Assembly (NCBI RefSeq): GCF_004331385.1
Contig: NZ_SJON01000029.1
Location: forward strand, 414 to 24,413
From: Enterobacter quasihormaechei
GTDB taxonomy: Bacteria > Pseudomonadota > Gammaproteobacteria > Enterobacterales > Enterobacteriaceae
Length of the DNA stretch: 24,000 nucleotides
Reading direction: 5' to 3'
The translations under genes were made by a program, and so were the position numbers. Shown in pieces: positions 6,785 to 14,503 of the stretch. Under the pieces are notes generated by a model. That model worked only from the letters and a program-made list of their open reading frames with translations, did no database searches and had not been told where the DNA came from. The stretch's first letter is position 1, and each line of letters begins with the position of its first letter.

Positions 6785-6806
6785 CATTTAGACGTCAGGA
6801 GGAAAG

Positions 6807-7238
6807 ATGAAACTGCAGCTTTTCAGCACCGGGAAAGCACTCCCGCCACAGGCCCATCCGTTGTTTGCAGACCTGGCCAGCTGCGGTTTTCCCAGCCCTG
6901 CCGCTGACTATGTCGAGTCCGACCTGGATCTCCATGATTACTGCATACGGCACCCGAGCGCGACTTACTATCTCCGTGCCAGCGGTGACAGCATGTCCGA
7001 CGGCAGCCTTTACAATGGCGATCTGCTGGTTGTGGACAGTGCAGAGAAGCCCCGGCACGGCGATATTGTTGTGGCCAGCGTGCAGGGGGAGTTTACGGTT
7101 AAACGGCTTCTGCTGACGCCACGACTGACGCTGCAGCCAATGAACGCCGCCTGGTCGCCGATTTATCCCGACCCGGACGATCTGGATATCTTTGGCGTCG
7201 TCACGCACATCATCCACCGCCCGAGGGAGATGTACTGA
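6807..7238 (+). CDS. umuD: UmuD/MucA-family SOS mutagenesis protein (143 aa)
   Basis: Cys-Gly self-cleavage site ([13 protein letters not shown]), catalytic Ser (ASGDSM) and Lys (FTVKRL). AGGAGG RBS. LexA box upstream. Overlaps the next gene by one base (stop TGA 7236-7238, next ATG 7238-7240). Confidence 0.9.
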   Translation: MKLQLFSTGKALPPQAHPLFADLASCGFPSPAADYVESDLDLHDYCIRHPSATYYLRASGDSMSDGSLYNGDLLVVDSAEKPRHGDIVVASVQGEFTVKRLLLTPRLTLQPMNAAWSPIYPDPDDLDIFGVVTHIIHRPREMY

Positions 7239-8500
7239 TGTTTGCCCTGGCCGATGTGAACAGCTTTTATGCCAGCTGCGAACGTGTTTTCCGCCCTGAT
7301 TTGAAAGGAAAGCCGGTTGTGGTGCTCAGTAATAACGATGGCTGCGTCATCGCAAGAAGTGCCGAGGCAAAGCCCTGGATCAAAATGGGCACGCCGTGGT
7401 TTCAGATGAAAAACGAAAAGTACCCGGAAAAAATATACGCGTTCTCAAGCAACTATGAACTTTATGCCTCGATGTCAGCGCGCGTGATGAGCTGCCTGGA
7501 GGAGCTGGCCCCCAGGGTGGAACAGTATTCGATTGACGAGATGTTCCTCGACCTGACCGGCGTTGAGCACTGCATGGACCTGGAGGACTTCGGCCGGCAG
7601 CTGCGCCAGCACGTGTATGACTGTACCCGTCTGACCATCGGCGTGGGTGCCGGGCCGACGAAAACCCTGGCAAAATCAGCCCAGTGGGCCTCAAAGGAGT
7701 GGAAACAGTTTCGTGGCGTGCTCGCCCTGACCCGGGGGAATCCTCAGCGAACGCGGAAACTGCTTTCACTGCAGCCGGTCGAAGAGATCTGGGGCGTGGG
7801 AAACCGTATTGCACGCAAGCTCAATGTTCTTGGCATCAGGACCGCGCTCGATCTGGCCCTGACGAACCCGGCCTTCATCCGGAAAAATTTCTCCGTCGTT
7901 CTCGAGCGAACAGTGCGCGAACTGAACGGGGAAAGCTGCATGTCGCTTGAAGAAGCACCGCCTACTAAACAACAGATTGTCTGCAGCCGCAGTTTTGGCG
8001 AGAAGATCACTGAATACGATTCGCTGCGCCAGGCTGTCTGTCAGTACGCAGAACGGGCCTCAGAAAAGCTGCGTAAAGAGCGCCAGTACTGCCGGCATAT
8101 TTCCGTATTCATCAAAACGTCTCCGTTCGCCGTTAAAGAGCCTTACTACGGCAACGTGGCCACGGAGAAACTGCTTACCCCCACTCAGGACACCCGGGAC
8201 ATCATTGCGGCCGCCACAACGGCTCTGGAGCGTATCTGGAAGGATGGGCACCGGTATGCTAAAGCCGGTGTGATGCTGAATGACTTCACCGGCTCCGGAG
8301 TTTCGCAGCTGCAGCTGTTCGACGAACGTCCTCACAGCGCTGAGCTGATGAAGGTTCTCGATGGCATTAATCATTCCGGGCTGGGACAGGTCTGGTTTGC
8401 AGGACGAGGGATTGCGCCTGCATGGCAGATGAAACGCGATATGCTCTCCCCCGCGTACACCACACGCTGGAAAGATATCCCCATAGCGAGGATCGGTTAA
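7238..8500 (+). CDS. umuC: UmuC/MucB-family Y-family DNA polymerase V catalytic subunit (420 aa)
   Basis: [44 protein letters not shown] is the canonical UmuC N-terminus. SIDEMFLD catalytic motif is present. Confidence 0.92.
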   Translation: MFALADVNSFYASCERVFRPDLKGKPVVVLSNNDGCVIARSAEAKPWIKMGTPWFQMKNEKYPEKIYAFSSNYELYASMSARVMSCLEELAPRVEQYSIDEMFLDLTGVEHCMDLEDFGRQLRQHVYDCTRLTIGVGAGPTKTLAKSAQWASKEWKQFRGVLALTRGNPQRTRKLLSLQPVEEIWGVGNRIARKLNVLGIRTALDLALTNPAFIRKNFSVVLERTVRELNGESCMSLEEAPPTKQQIVCSRSFGEKITEYDSLRQAVCQYAERASEKLRKERQYCRHISVFIKTSPFAVKEPYYGNVATEKLLTPTQDTRDIIAAATTALERIWKDGHRYAKAGVMLNDFTGSGVSQLQLFDERPHSAELMKVLDGINHSGLGQVWFAGRGIAPAWQMKRDMLSPAYTTRWKDIPIARIG

Positions 8501-8528
8501 ATTTCGCTTTTCAGAGAGAGCCAGTAGT

Positions 8529-8578
8529 GCTCGCCGCAGCCGAACGACAGGGCGAAGCCCGCGAGTGAGCGAGGAAGC
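8529..8578. other. ColE1-backbone-like segment, possible PriA-type primosome assembly (ssi/pas) site
   Basis: GCTCGCCGCAGCCGAACGAC (8529-8548) and AGTGAGCGAGGAAGC (8564-8578) are identical to blocks I recall from the pBR322/pUC backbone (..CCGCTCGCCGCAGCCGAACGACCGAGCGCAGCGAGTCAGTGAGCGAGGAAGCGG..). The function assignment is from memory. Confidence 0.35.
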
Positions 8579-8639
8579 ACCAGGGAACTGCACGGATAAA
8601 TTCTGCTTACGCTCGGTGTTAAATGGATACCCCACTCAG

Positions 8640-8920
8640 CTTTATCCACTTATCCACGGGTATATTTTTATAAAGTCTTTTTTAATTCTTTTTTCTTTAT
8701 TTTACTCCTTTTAGGGAGCCTGAAAGCCGCATGCAGCGCGCCCTGAGAGGAGTTCATTATGGGCAACTGGTTAACATATTATGGGTAATTAATCACGTAT
8801 CTGTGGGTTCCATAGCAACAAGCTATGGGATACGCATCAACAAGCTATGGGAAACAGGTCAAGTTTAGATCTCATTTATCCACTTGTGGATAAATTGCAT
8901 ATTTTCCCGGTGGATAAGTA
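8640..8920. other. Vegetative origin (oriV) of the iteron replicon
   Basis: DnaA boxes TTATCCAC(T/G) at 8642-8650 and 8650-8658. AT-rich stretch at 8660-8715. Five 22-bp-spaced iterons at 8759-8868. Further DnaA boxes at 8876-8884 (TTATCCACT), 8885-8893 (inverted TGTGGATAA) and 8910-8918 (GTGGATAAG). Confidence 0.75.
8759..8868 (-). repeat. Five origin iterons at 22-bp spacing
   Basis: Units start at 8759, 8781, 8803, 8825 and 8847, each beginning (A/G)TGGG. The last (ATGGGAAACAGGTCAAGTT) is the near-exact reverse complement of the downstream iteron AACTTGACCTGTTTCCCA. The distal copies are more degenerate. Confidence 0.7.
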
Positions 8921-8956
8921 ACGTGATAGCTTGCAATTTCTGTTTTCACTGTCATT

Positions 8957-8980
8957 ATGGGTGAATAATAATTTACCCAT
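8957..8980. promoter_or_regulatory. Inverted half-iteron operator candidate for repA autoregulation
   Basis: ATGGGTGAAT-AATA-ATTTACCCAT is an imperfect inverted repeat built from the iteron ATGGG end, 11 nt before the repA ATG. This is analogous to the F repE operator arrangement. Confidence 0.45.
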
Positions 8981-8990
8981 AGGCCTTGGA

Positions 8991-9713
8991 ATGGATACTC
9001 AAGCACTCTTGCCAGCTACTAAAACGTTTAAAAAACGCGCCAGTATAAAGCAATCTAACGAATTGACCGAAGCCGCATATTACTTGCCTCTCCAGGCAAA
9101 ACGTGTGCTGTGGTTATGCCTTATGCAGGCCTATTTCAACGACAGTCAGGATGATGATTCTGACGTATTACCTCTCTTCAAAATTAGCGTTTCCGATTAC
9201 GTCAAATACTTCAATGTCGCTACGTCTGTCGCCAGTCGTGATGTAAAGGCTGGGGTAAATGCTTTGGGCGAATCAACGGTTACCTTCTATCCAAAAGAAG
9301 GTGAGTTTGAAGAAGTTAAACGTCCTTGGCTTGCTGAAGCAGGAATGAAGAGAGGCCGAGGGTCCTGGCAGATTGAGTTTAACTACAAGGTCATGCCATT
9401 CCTTGTTGGCTTAACCTCCCAGTTCACAACCTATTCTCTCTATGACTGCGGCCAGCTCAATAGTGTTCGTGTCATCCGGCTTTATGAAAGCCTGTGTCAG
9501 TTCCGGAGCACTGGTGTCTGGATCACCACACATGACTGGTTATGTGAAAGGTTTATGCTTCCAACCTCGCAGAAGAACAATATTGCGGAAATGAAACGTA
9601 CCTTCCTGGAACCTGCGCTGAAGAAAATTAATGAGAAGACGCCCTTAAAGGTAAGTTATACAACCGAAGAAGATGGTCGCTTACTGTTTAATTTTCTTGA
9701 AAAAAAACAATAA
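8991..9713 (+). CDS. repA: Rep_3-family iteron-binding replication initiator RepA (240 aa from ATG 8991)
   Basis: IKQSNELTEAAYYLPLQAKRVLWLCL is the typical Rep_3 (RepE/Pi/RepA) N-terminal signature. Flanked by iterons on both sides. The track start at 8931 is a TTG that reads through the operator, so ATG 8991 is preferred. Confidence 0.85.
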   Translation: MDTQALLPATKTFKKRASIKQSNELTEAAYYLPLQAKRVLWLCLMQAYFNDSQDDDSDVLPLFKISVSDYVKYFNVATSVASRDVKAGVNALGESTVTFYPKEGEFEEVKRPWLAEAGMKRGRGSWQIEFNYKVMPFLVGLTSQFTTYSLYDCGQLNSVRVIRLYESLCQFRSTGVWITTHDWLCERFMLPTSQKNNIAEMKRTFLEPALKKINEKTPLKVSYTTEEDGRLLFNFLEKKQ

Positions 9714-9800
9714 TCTGAAATTTATCCTATATCCCCCCTTGGACTGTTTCTTACTTTTGGGGGGATACTAAACTTGCTGTATTTCCCACATTACATGCCG

Positions 9801-10357
9801 AACTTGACCTGTTTCCCACTGTTCGGGCTGCCCTCTAAGTTGACTTCTTTCCCACAGTCCCGGCCAGTTATTAAGTTGACCTGTTTCCCACAGTCATGAC
9901 TGTCCGCGAAGTTGACGTGTTTCCCACACTCCCTGCTGGCCATAAAGTTGACCTGTTTCCCACGGTTCGTGCCGTCTGCGAAGTTGATGTGTTTCCCACA
10001 GTCCGGGCCGTCTGCGAAGTTGACGTGTTTCCCACAATACGGGCCATCTGCGAAGTTGACCTGTTTCCCACAGTTCGTGCCGCCTGCGAAGTTGATGTGT
10101 TTCCCACAGTCCGGGCCGTCTGCGAAGTTGACCTGCTTCCCACAGTCCGGGCCGTCTGCGAAGTTGACCTGTTTCCCACATTACGGGCCGTCCGCAAAGT
10201 TGACCTGTTTCCCATAGTCCGGGATGTCTGTGAAGTTGACCTGTTTCCCATATTCCGGGGTGTCTGTGTAGTTGACCTGTTTCCCATATTCCGGGGGGCT
10301 ACAAAGTTGACCTGTTTCCCATATTCCGGGGGGCTACAAAGTTGACCTGTTTCCCAT
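9801..10357 (+). repeat. Array of 16 iterons (19-bp core AAGTTGACCTGTTTCCCAC) at a 36-bp period; inc/copy-control array
   Basis: Cores start at 9801, 9837, 9873, 9909, 9945, 9981, 10017, 10053, 10089, 10125, 10161, 10197, 10233, 10269, 10304 and 10339. The 17-bp spacers are themselves related (AGTCCGGGCCGTCTGCG). A degenerate extra copy lies at 9771-9789. Confidence 0.9.
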
Positions 10358-10479
10358 AGAACACCGATTCTATGGCTGAATGATCTGCGGCCGGAGTCTG
10401 CAAAGATTAATCTTGAGTCCCAGCTGTGCGGCAAAGAGATATGATTAGATAAGAAAATCTGGAGCAGCCATAAAAAAAG

Positions 10480-10649
10480 CATGAAGTCATGATTTCATGC
10501 AATCATTAAGTTGCTTTGTACTTTTTTAGTAAGCGAGGTGACAGGCGATTAGAGTGCATATACTTAGATGAAAGGATGAAATCATGATTTCATCCTTTCA
10601 TGAAGGCGGGGGCTGAGTGGTTAACCTGGAAATGAAATCATGATTTCAT
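10480..10649. promoter_or_regulatory. Three palindromic sites with TGAAATCATGATTTCA core downstream of the RHH gene (candidate centromere)
   Basis: 10480-10499 CATGAAGTCATGATTTCATG (one mismatch). 10571-10598 AAAGGATGAAATCATGATTTCATCCTTT (perfect 28-bp palindrome). 10632-10649 ATGAAATCATGATTTCAT (perfect 18 bp, abutting the stop codon). Confidence 0.6.
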
Positions 10650-10876
10650 CATTTCATTTTATTGCGATACATTTCATATCCTGCAAGGAGCATATCTGTC
10701 ATCGATATTCCCTGTTCTGCCGCGTAAGCTTTCATCTCTTTATGCTTAGATACCGGCACTTTGATTTGGATAGGTTTAACCGACGAATCCGGCGCAGCTC
10801 CCTTTCCGGTAACATCCAGAGTTGGCTCATCCTCCTTAGGAGGCGCAAGTTTTATTGATTTTCCTGGGGCTTTCAT
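10649..10876 (-). CDS. Ribbon-helix-helix ParG-like centromere-binding protein (75 aa from ATG 10876)
   Basis: Disordered basic N-terminal tail followed by IQIKVPVSKHKEMKAYAAEQGISMTDMLLAGYEMY (strand-helix-helix pattern). GAGGAG RBS lies 4 nt before ATG 10876, whereas the track start is a TTG at 10894. Immediately downstream of the small ParA. Confidence 0.7.
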   Translation of the reverse strand: MKAPGKSIKLAPPKEDEPTLDVTGKGAAPDSSVKPIQIKVPVSKHKEMKAYAAEQGISMTDMLLAGYEMYRNKMK

Positions 10877-10920
10877 AGAACTCCTCATATCCAAAATAAT
10901 GAAATCGTTAAATCATGCTA

Positions 10921-11547
10921 TCATGAATTAATGATATCATGAATTTCTTCGATCATTTGTTTTGCTGTTTCGTTTAAGGATTTGAAAGGAGTTTCATGGA
11001 GGGCACGCCCCGCATCCAGAGCCTCACCGTAACTGGTTTTGAATGGAATGATTGTATTGAGAACTTTGAAGCCCCACGCCTTGATAGTCTCCTGAGCTTT
11101 TTCGCCCTGTGACTGAGATGGTGACTTTGCGACAATGAATACGATTTTGCTTTTCTCAATGCCCTTTTTAATCAATTCGCGGGCAAGTTCCAGAGAGGGT
11201 TCCAGATCATCAATTGTGGTCCCAGTGGTTATGATAACGAGATCAGATTCATCAGCCACATCCAGTGATGTTGTCTCTGCTGCAGGACGACCATCGATGA
11301 TAAGCAAATGGCAGCTATCTTTCATTTTGACAGCTGTATCTACCCGGCGGTAAAGAGCGCAGTCAATTTGGCTTAGACCATTGTTCTCGCGTCGTTCTGT
11401 CCACTTCAGAGAGGTTTGTTGCTTCGTGTCTATGTCCGCCAGATGAGTCTTCCATCCAGCTTCAGTAAACCCAACAGCAAGTGTTCTGGCTTTGGTACTT
11501 TTTGAACCTCCGCCTTTCTGACCAACGATCGATATAACCTTTCCCAT
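10921..11547 (-). CDS. parA: Small (type Ib, ParF-like) ParA partition ATPase (208 aa from ATG 11547)
   Basis: Deviant Walker A VGQKGGGSKST. Walker A' and B-like stretches LLIIDGRP and LVIITTG. AAGGTGG RBS precedes ATG 11547. An alternative ATG at 11562 lacks an RBS. Confidence 0.85.
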   Translation of the reverse strand: MGKVISIVGQKGGGSKSTKARTLAVGFTEAGWKTHLADIDTKQQTSLKWTERRENNGLSQIDCALYRRVDTAVKMKDSCHLLIIDGRPAAETTSLDVADESDLVIITTGTTIDDLEPSLELARELIKKGIEKSKIVFIVAKSPSQSQGEKAQETIKAWGFKVLNTIIPFKTSYGEALDAGRALHETPFKSLNETAKQMIEEIHDIINS

Positions 11548-11559
11548 ATATACCACCTT

Positions 11560-11735
11560 CATTAAATCATGATTTCATTAAACACATACATCCCACTTCT
11601 CATATTGCCCAAAATCGAACAACTTAACAAGATGAAATCATGATTTAATGATATAATTATAGCATGATTTACGTAACTGACTGATAGTAATTCATTACCA
11701 AACAATGAAAGCATGATGTAATGATTTCATGATCA
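11560..11735. promoter_or_regulatory. Cluster of ATCATGAT-core palindromes/half-sites in the divergent parA / 427-aa-ORF intergenic region (operator or second centromere)
   Basis: TAAATCATGATTTCA (about 11563-11577), GATGAAATCATGATTTAATGA (11631-11651), AGCATGATTTA (11661-11671) and TGAAAGCATGATGTAATGATTTCATGATC (about 11706-11734). Confidence 0.55.
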
Positions 11736-11753
11736 AGTGCGCGAGGATAGTTT

Positions 11754-13037
11754 ATGAAACAGTACACATTGAAAATCTACTTTGGAGATAACTCTGCGCC
11801 TGCTTATTTTGGTGGCGACAGGCAGGATGATTCATCGAATACGACACCGTTCCAGGTGGCTCTTAAAAAGTCGCGAGACTGTAATTCATATGCCGCTTGC
11901 TTATGTACGGGTAAAGAATTGCCACTCTCTGTGAGGCTCAGAGTGGAGAAACATCATTTAGCTCGATTCCCACTCACGGGTATAAAACACAGAGAGGACT
12001 GTAGATTCTATAGTAGCCTCAGTCCTGAAGGGCCGCAGGGGTGTTATACACAGGACGCATTGAAAGAGAAGCCGGATGGAACAATCAATATTAAGCTTGA
12101 TTACCCGTTGCAGGTAACCGGTCCGTCAACACCCATAGATAGTTCTCTGCGTTCTGGTGATGCTTCACGGAACAATAAACGCGACACTGTTTCTATTCTT
12201 GGTCTTCTACATTTTCTCTGGGAGACAACCAGCTATAACACATGGGTACCTAAAATGGACGGTATGCGTTCATCCACTAAACTGGGTTATCACTTGTTTA
12301 AGCAGGCAGAAAAGATAGAAGCAGGCAAAACAAAGTTATCTGACGTTCTGCTCACTCCGGCCTACACGAACTCCAGCGATAGCAGAAGAAACAGCATGAC
12401 TGTCGAACGTGCGAAAGTTAATAAACAACGTCTTGTAGTTATTGCTGAGCTTGCAAAGTTCTCTGAAAGTTACATGGATGGATTAAATCGACTTCCTGTA
12501 CGTGACTTTTCCGGCATGCCTTTTCTGGGACTTGATGATGCCAGATGGAAGTCTGCGTTAGACAGATTTCCAATTGCGGTGAATGGCTGGATAAAAGGTA
12601 TGAAGGTATTTGTAATAGCTGTTACGGATGTTCCTGGCGCAAAATCAGCCCAGGTGAGACAGCTGGCCCTGATGATGGTAAGTGATCGCTACATACCGCT
12701 AGATTCATTGAATGAAGGGGCGTTTGAACAAAAGCTATTCGAGCTGGAGCGATCGTTTTACAAACCCCTACGTTATGATTCATCCACTCATGAATATCTC
12801 GCTGATTTTTGCCTCACTGATGTTTCTACAGATAACCATTTACCTATCCCTGTGGAAATATGGGGGATGAATACTCCTGATTATCAGGAGCATCGGATGG
12901 TAAAGGAAAGATGGTACAACGCAAATTATGGCGAAACTGGTTGGTTATCATGGGATGCAACTCGAACATCTGTAGACAGTATCGAATCGCTTTTACCCAA
13001 GAAAATGAAATCATTGTATCATGATATCATTAAATAA
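11754..13037 (+). CDS. Hypothetical 427-aa protein with N-terminal Cys/His cluster and C-terminal nuclease-like motif; possibly DUF1173 family (from memory, unverified)
   Basis: GAGGA RBS. C-x5-C-x-C...HH...H-x3-C cluster (CNSYAACLC...EKHH...KHREDC). C-terminal YLADFCLTD...PVEIWGM resembles the Y-x-x-DF...VE-[IV]-x-G pattern of Vsr/DUF559-type PD-(D/E)xK folds. Low G+C. Confidence 0.55.
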   Translation: MKQYTLKIYFGDNSAPAYFGGDRQDDSSNTTPFQVALKKSRDCNSYAACLCTGKELPLSVRLRVEKHHLARFPLTGIKHREDCRFYSSLSPEGPQGCYTQDALKEKPDGTINIKLDYPLQVTGPSTPIDSSLRSGDASRNNKRDTVSILGLLHFLWETTSYNTWVPKMDGMRSSTKLGYHLFKQAEKIEAGKTKLSDVLLTPAYTNSSDSRRNSMTVERAKVNKQRLVVIAELAKFSESYMDGLNRLPVRDFSGMPFLGLDDARWKSALDRFPIAVNGWIKGMKVFVIAVTDVPGAKSAQVRQLALMMVSDRYIPLDSLNEGAFEQKLFELERSFYKPLRYDSSTHEYLADFCLTDVSTDNHLPIPVEIWGMNTPDYQEHRMVKERWYNANYGETGWLSWDATRTSVDSIESLLPKKMKSLYHDIIK

Positions 13038-13256
13038 TGATTGATGTGCTACTGCCTCTCAAGAGAGCACCTTCCCGCAACATTACTTCATTTGGGAAGG
13101 TGTTGCCGTCCTGTTCTACTGGCTGGCAAAACGCAGGATTGATACCATATGAGTGATAGGTGACATGACCTGGTTCACGCGTTCCGCCTAATAGTTGAAA
13201 TGATGTTCTGATGTAGCAGTCTATCACCTGTAACTATTTGAGTTAAAGGATATAAA

Positions 13257-13466
13257 ATGGGAATTTTATGTGAGAAGTGTGATGCCAATAATGACCCGGA
13301 TATTGATAGTTATTACAATGGCGTAGTTGAAAACAATTTAACCTCTTACACCTACGCTGCTAAATTTACTTGCTGGCGCTGTAAGCATGAAAATGACGTC
13401 ACCATTGACACAATCTCATCTGATGAGATTGAAGAAGTGCTTAACTCTCAAATCAGGTATAACTAG
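13257..13466 (+). CDS. Zinc-ribbon-like mini-protein (69 aa)
   Basis: Two CxxC pairs (CEKC, CWRC) with an acidic remainder. AAGGA RBS. Followed by the hairpin at 13487-13502. Confidence 0.5.
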   Translation: MGILCEKCDANNDPDIDSYYNGVVENNLTSYTYAAKFTCWRCKHENDVTIDTISSDEIEEVLNSQIRYN

Positions 13467-13486
13467 TTCTACTGGCTTTTATCTTT

Positions 13487-13502
13487 GGCCGCGAATGCGG
13501 CC
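13487..13502 (+). terminator. Hairpin GGCCGC-GAAT-GCGGCC followed by an A/T-rich tail
   Basis: Perfect 6-bp GC stem 20 nt after the stop of 13257..13466. The T-run is weak (ATATTTTA). Confidence 0.35.
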
Positions 13503-13523
13503 ATATTTTATATGGTGATTTAA

Positions 13524-13604
13524 ATGAATAACTTTCTCTTTTATGCACTTGTATATATAGGTGCTGGAATAATTGCCTATTATCTGTTTCTTAAAAAAAA
13601 CTAA
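13524..13604 (+). CDS. Possible 26-aa hydrophobic peptide (MNNFLFYALVYIGAGIIAYYLFLKKN)
   Basis: Not in the track. GGTGA lies about 5 nt upstream of the ATG. It forms a single predicted transmembrane-like helix with a KKN tail. It could equally be non-coding. Confidence 0.25.
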   Translation: MNNFLFYALVYIGAGIIAYYLFLKKN

Positions 13605-13643
13605 GGGCGCGCCAGCTTGTAACATTAGATATAAACTGACTAC

Positions 13644-14423
13644 TTAAAAGTTACCCTTCAACATGGCCACCGCCTCATCGCCCGGCATCTGGAACTGCAC
13701 CCGGTGACGTGCAGCCACATCGAGCGCAAACACCTTCGTATAAACTTCCGTTGAGCTAATCGACTTGTGTCCCATCAGGCTCTGCAGCACCTTCAGCGGG
13801 ATGCCGGCATACAGCATGTGCATCCCGTAGCTGTGCCGGAACGTGTGCGGGGTGACCGGCACCGAAAACGTCACCCCGTCGGCGGCAGCCGCATCAACGG
13901 CTTCACTTATCCAGGTCCGGACCGTCCTGTCGGTGATTTCCCAGATGCGTGCCTTCTCAGTTCTGCCGGTGCGTTTATTACGGCGCTCCAGCGGAATTTT
14001 CAGGGTGGCCACCATCATTTCCAGCTGGCGGGCATACTGCGGATCGGAAAGCGGAACGATACGATGAGGCAGGCTACCGGCCGGAGCACGACCGGCCGTT
14101 CGGGCCGCTTTCTCCGCACGCTGTTTGAGCGTGGCCAGCTGCACGAACGGGTAGGGCGGTGCCAGCGAAAAATCACTCCGTGTCAGGGCCAGCGCTTCGT
14201 TAATGCGCGCGCCGGTATTCCAGAGAGTGGCCAGCAACATCTTGCGGTGGAGATCGGGTACATAGTGGAGCAGGGCACTTACTTCCGGTGCCAGCAGATA
14301 TTTCGGCAGTTCGTCCTGAACGAGAGCCATCTGGCGCAGTGCCAGCGCGGCCGGGTAATCGATGGCCACCGGCAACTGAGCAGAGGAAAAAGCCCCGGTA
14401 TGGCCTGGCAGTGCTGGCATCAT
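13644..14423 (-). CDS. Tyrosine site-specific recombinase, ResD/Xer-like plasmid multimer resolvase candidate (259 aa)
   Basis: Catalytic signature R (TGARINEAL), H-x-x-R (HTFRHSY), H (GHKSIS) and Y (STEVYT). GGAGG RBS. No N-terminal arm-binding domain, consistent with a small resolvase-type enzyme. Confidence 0.85.
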   Translation of the reverse strand: MMPALPGHTGAFSSAQLPVAIDYPAALALRQMALVQDELPKYLLAPEVSALLHYVPDLHRKMLLATLWNTGARINEALALTRSDFSLAPPYPFVQLATLKQRAEKAARTAGRAPAGSLPHRIVPLSDPQYARQLEMMVATLKIPLERRNKRTGRTEKARIWEITDRTVRTWISEAVDAAAADGVTFSVPVTPHTFRHSYGMHMLYAGIPLKVLQSLMGHKSISSTEVYTKVFALDVAARHRVQFQMPGDEAVAMLKGNF

Positions 14424-14503
14424 TTTATGCCTCCATTGTCATGCAGCTGCTCTACGAGCTCACCGGCTGCCTGCGCAGCCATTATTTCCCGGTTCACTCC
14501 GGC

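Noticed and set aside
9730-9767. Hairpin TATCCCCCC-N20-GGGGGGATA after the repA stop as a terminator
   Set aside because: The loop is large (20 nt) and no T-run follows. Part of the loop resembles a degenerate iteron, so its function is unclear.
9801-10357. CRISPR-like appearance (19-bp repeat, 17-bp spacer)
   Set aside because: The spacers are homologous to one another, the repeat is too short, there are no cas genes, and the repeat matches the origin iterons flanking a Rep_3 initiator. It is an iteron array, not a CRISPR.
9871-10482. Four long ORFs (9871..10482 -, 9894..10181 -, 9896..10345 +, 9912..10217 +) with repetitive protein sequences
   Set aside because: They lie entirely within the 36-bp (12-codon) iteron array. 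The periodic, stop-free repeat keeps several frames open, and there are no RBSs. They are artefacts of the repeat.
13560-13590. dif/cer-like motif GGTGCTGGAATAATTGCCTATTATCTGTTTC just downstream of the recombinase gene (possible resolution site)
   Set aside because: Only about 60 percent match to the XerC/XerD arm consensus as I remember it. It also overlaps the hypothetical 26-codon ORF. This is not enough to support a call.
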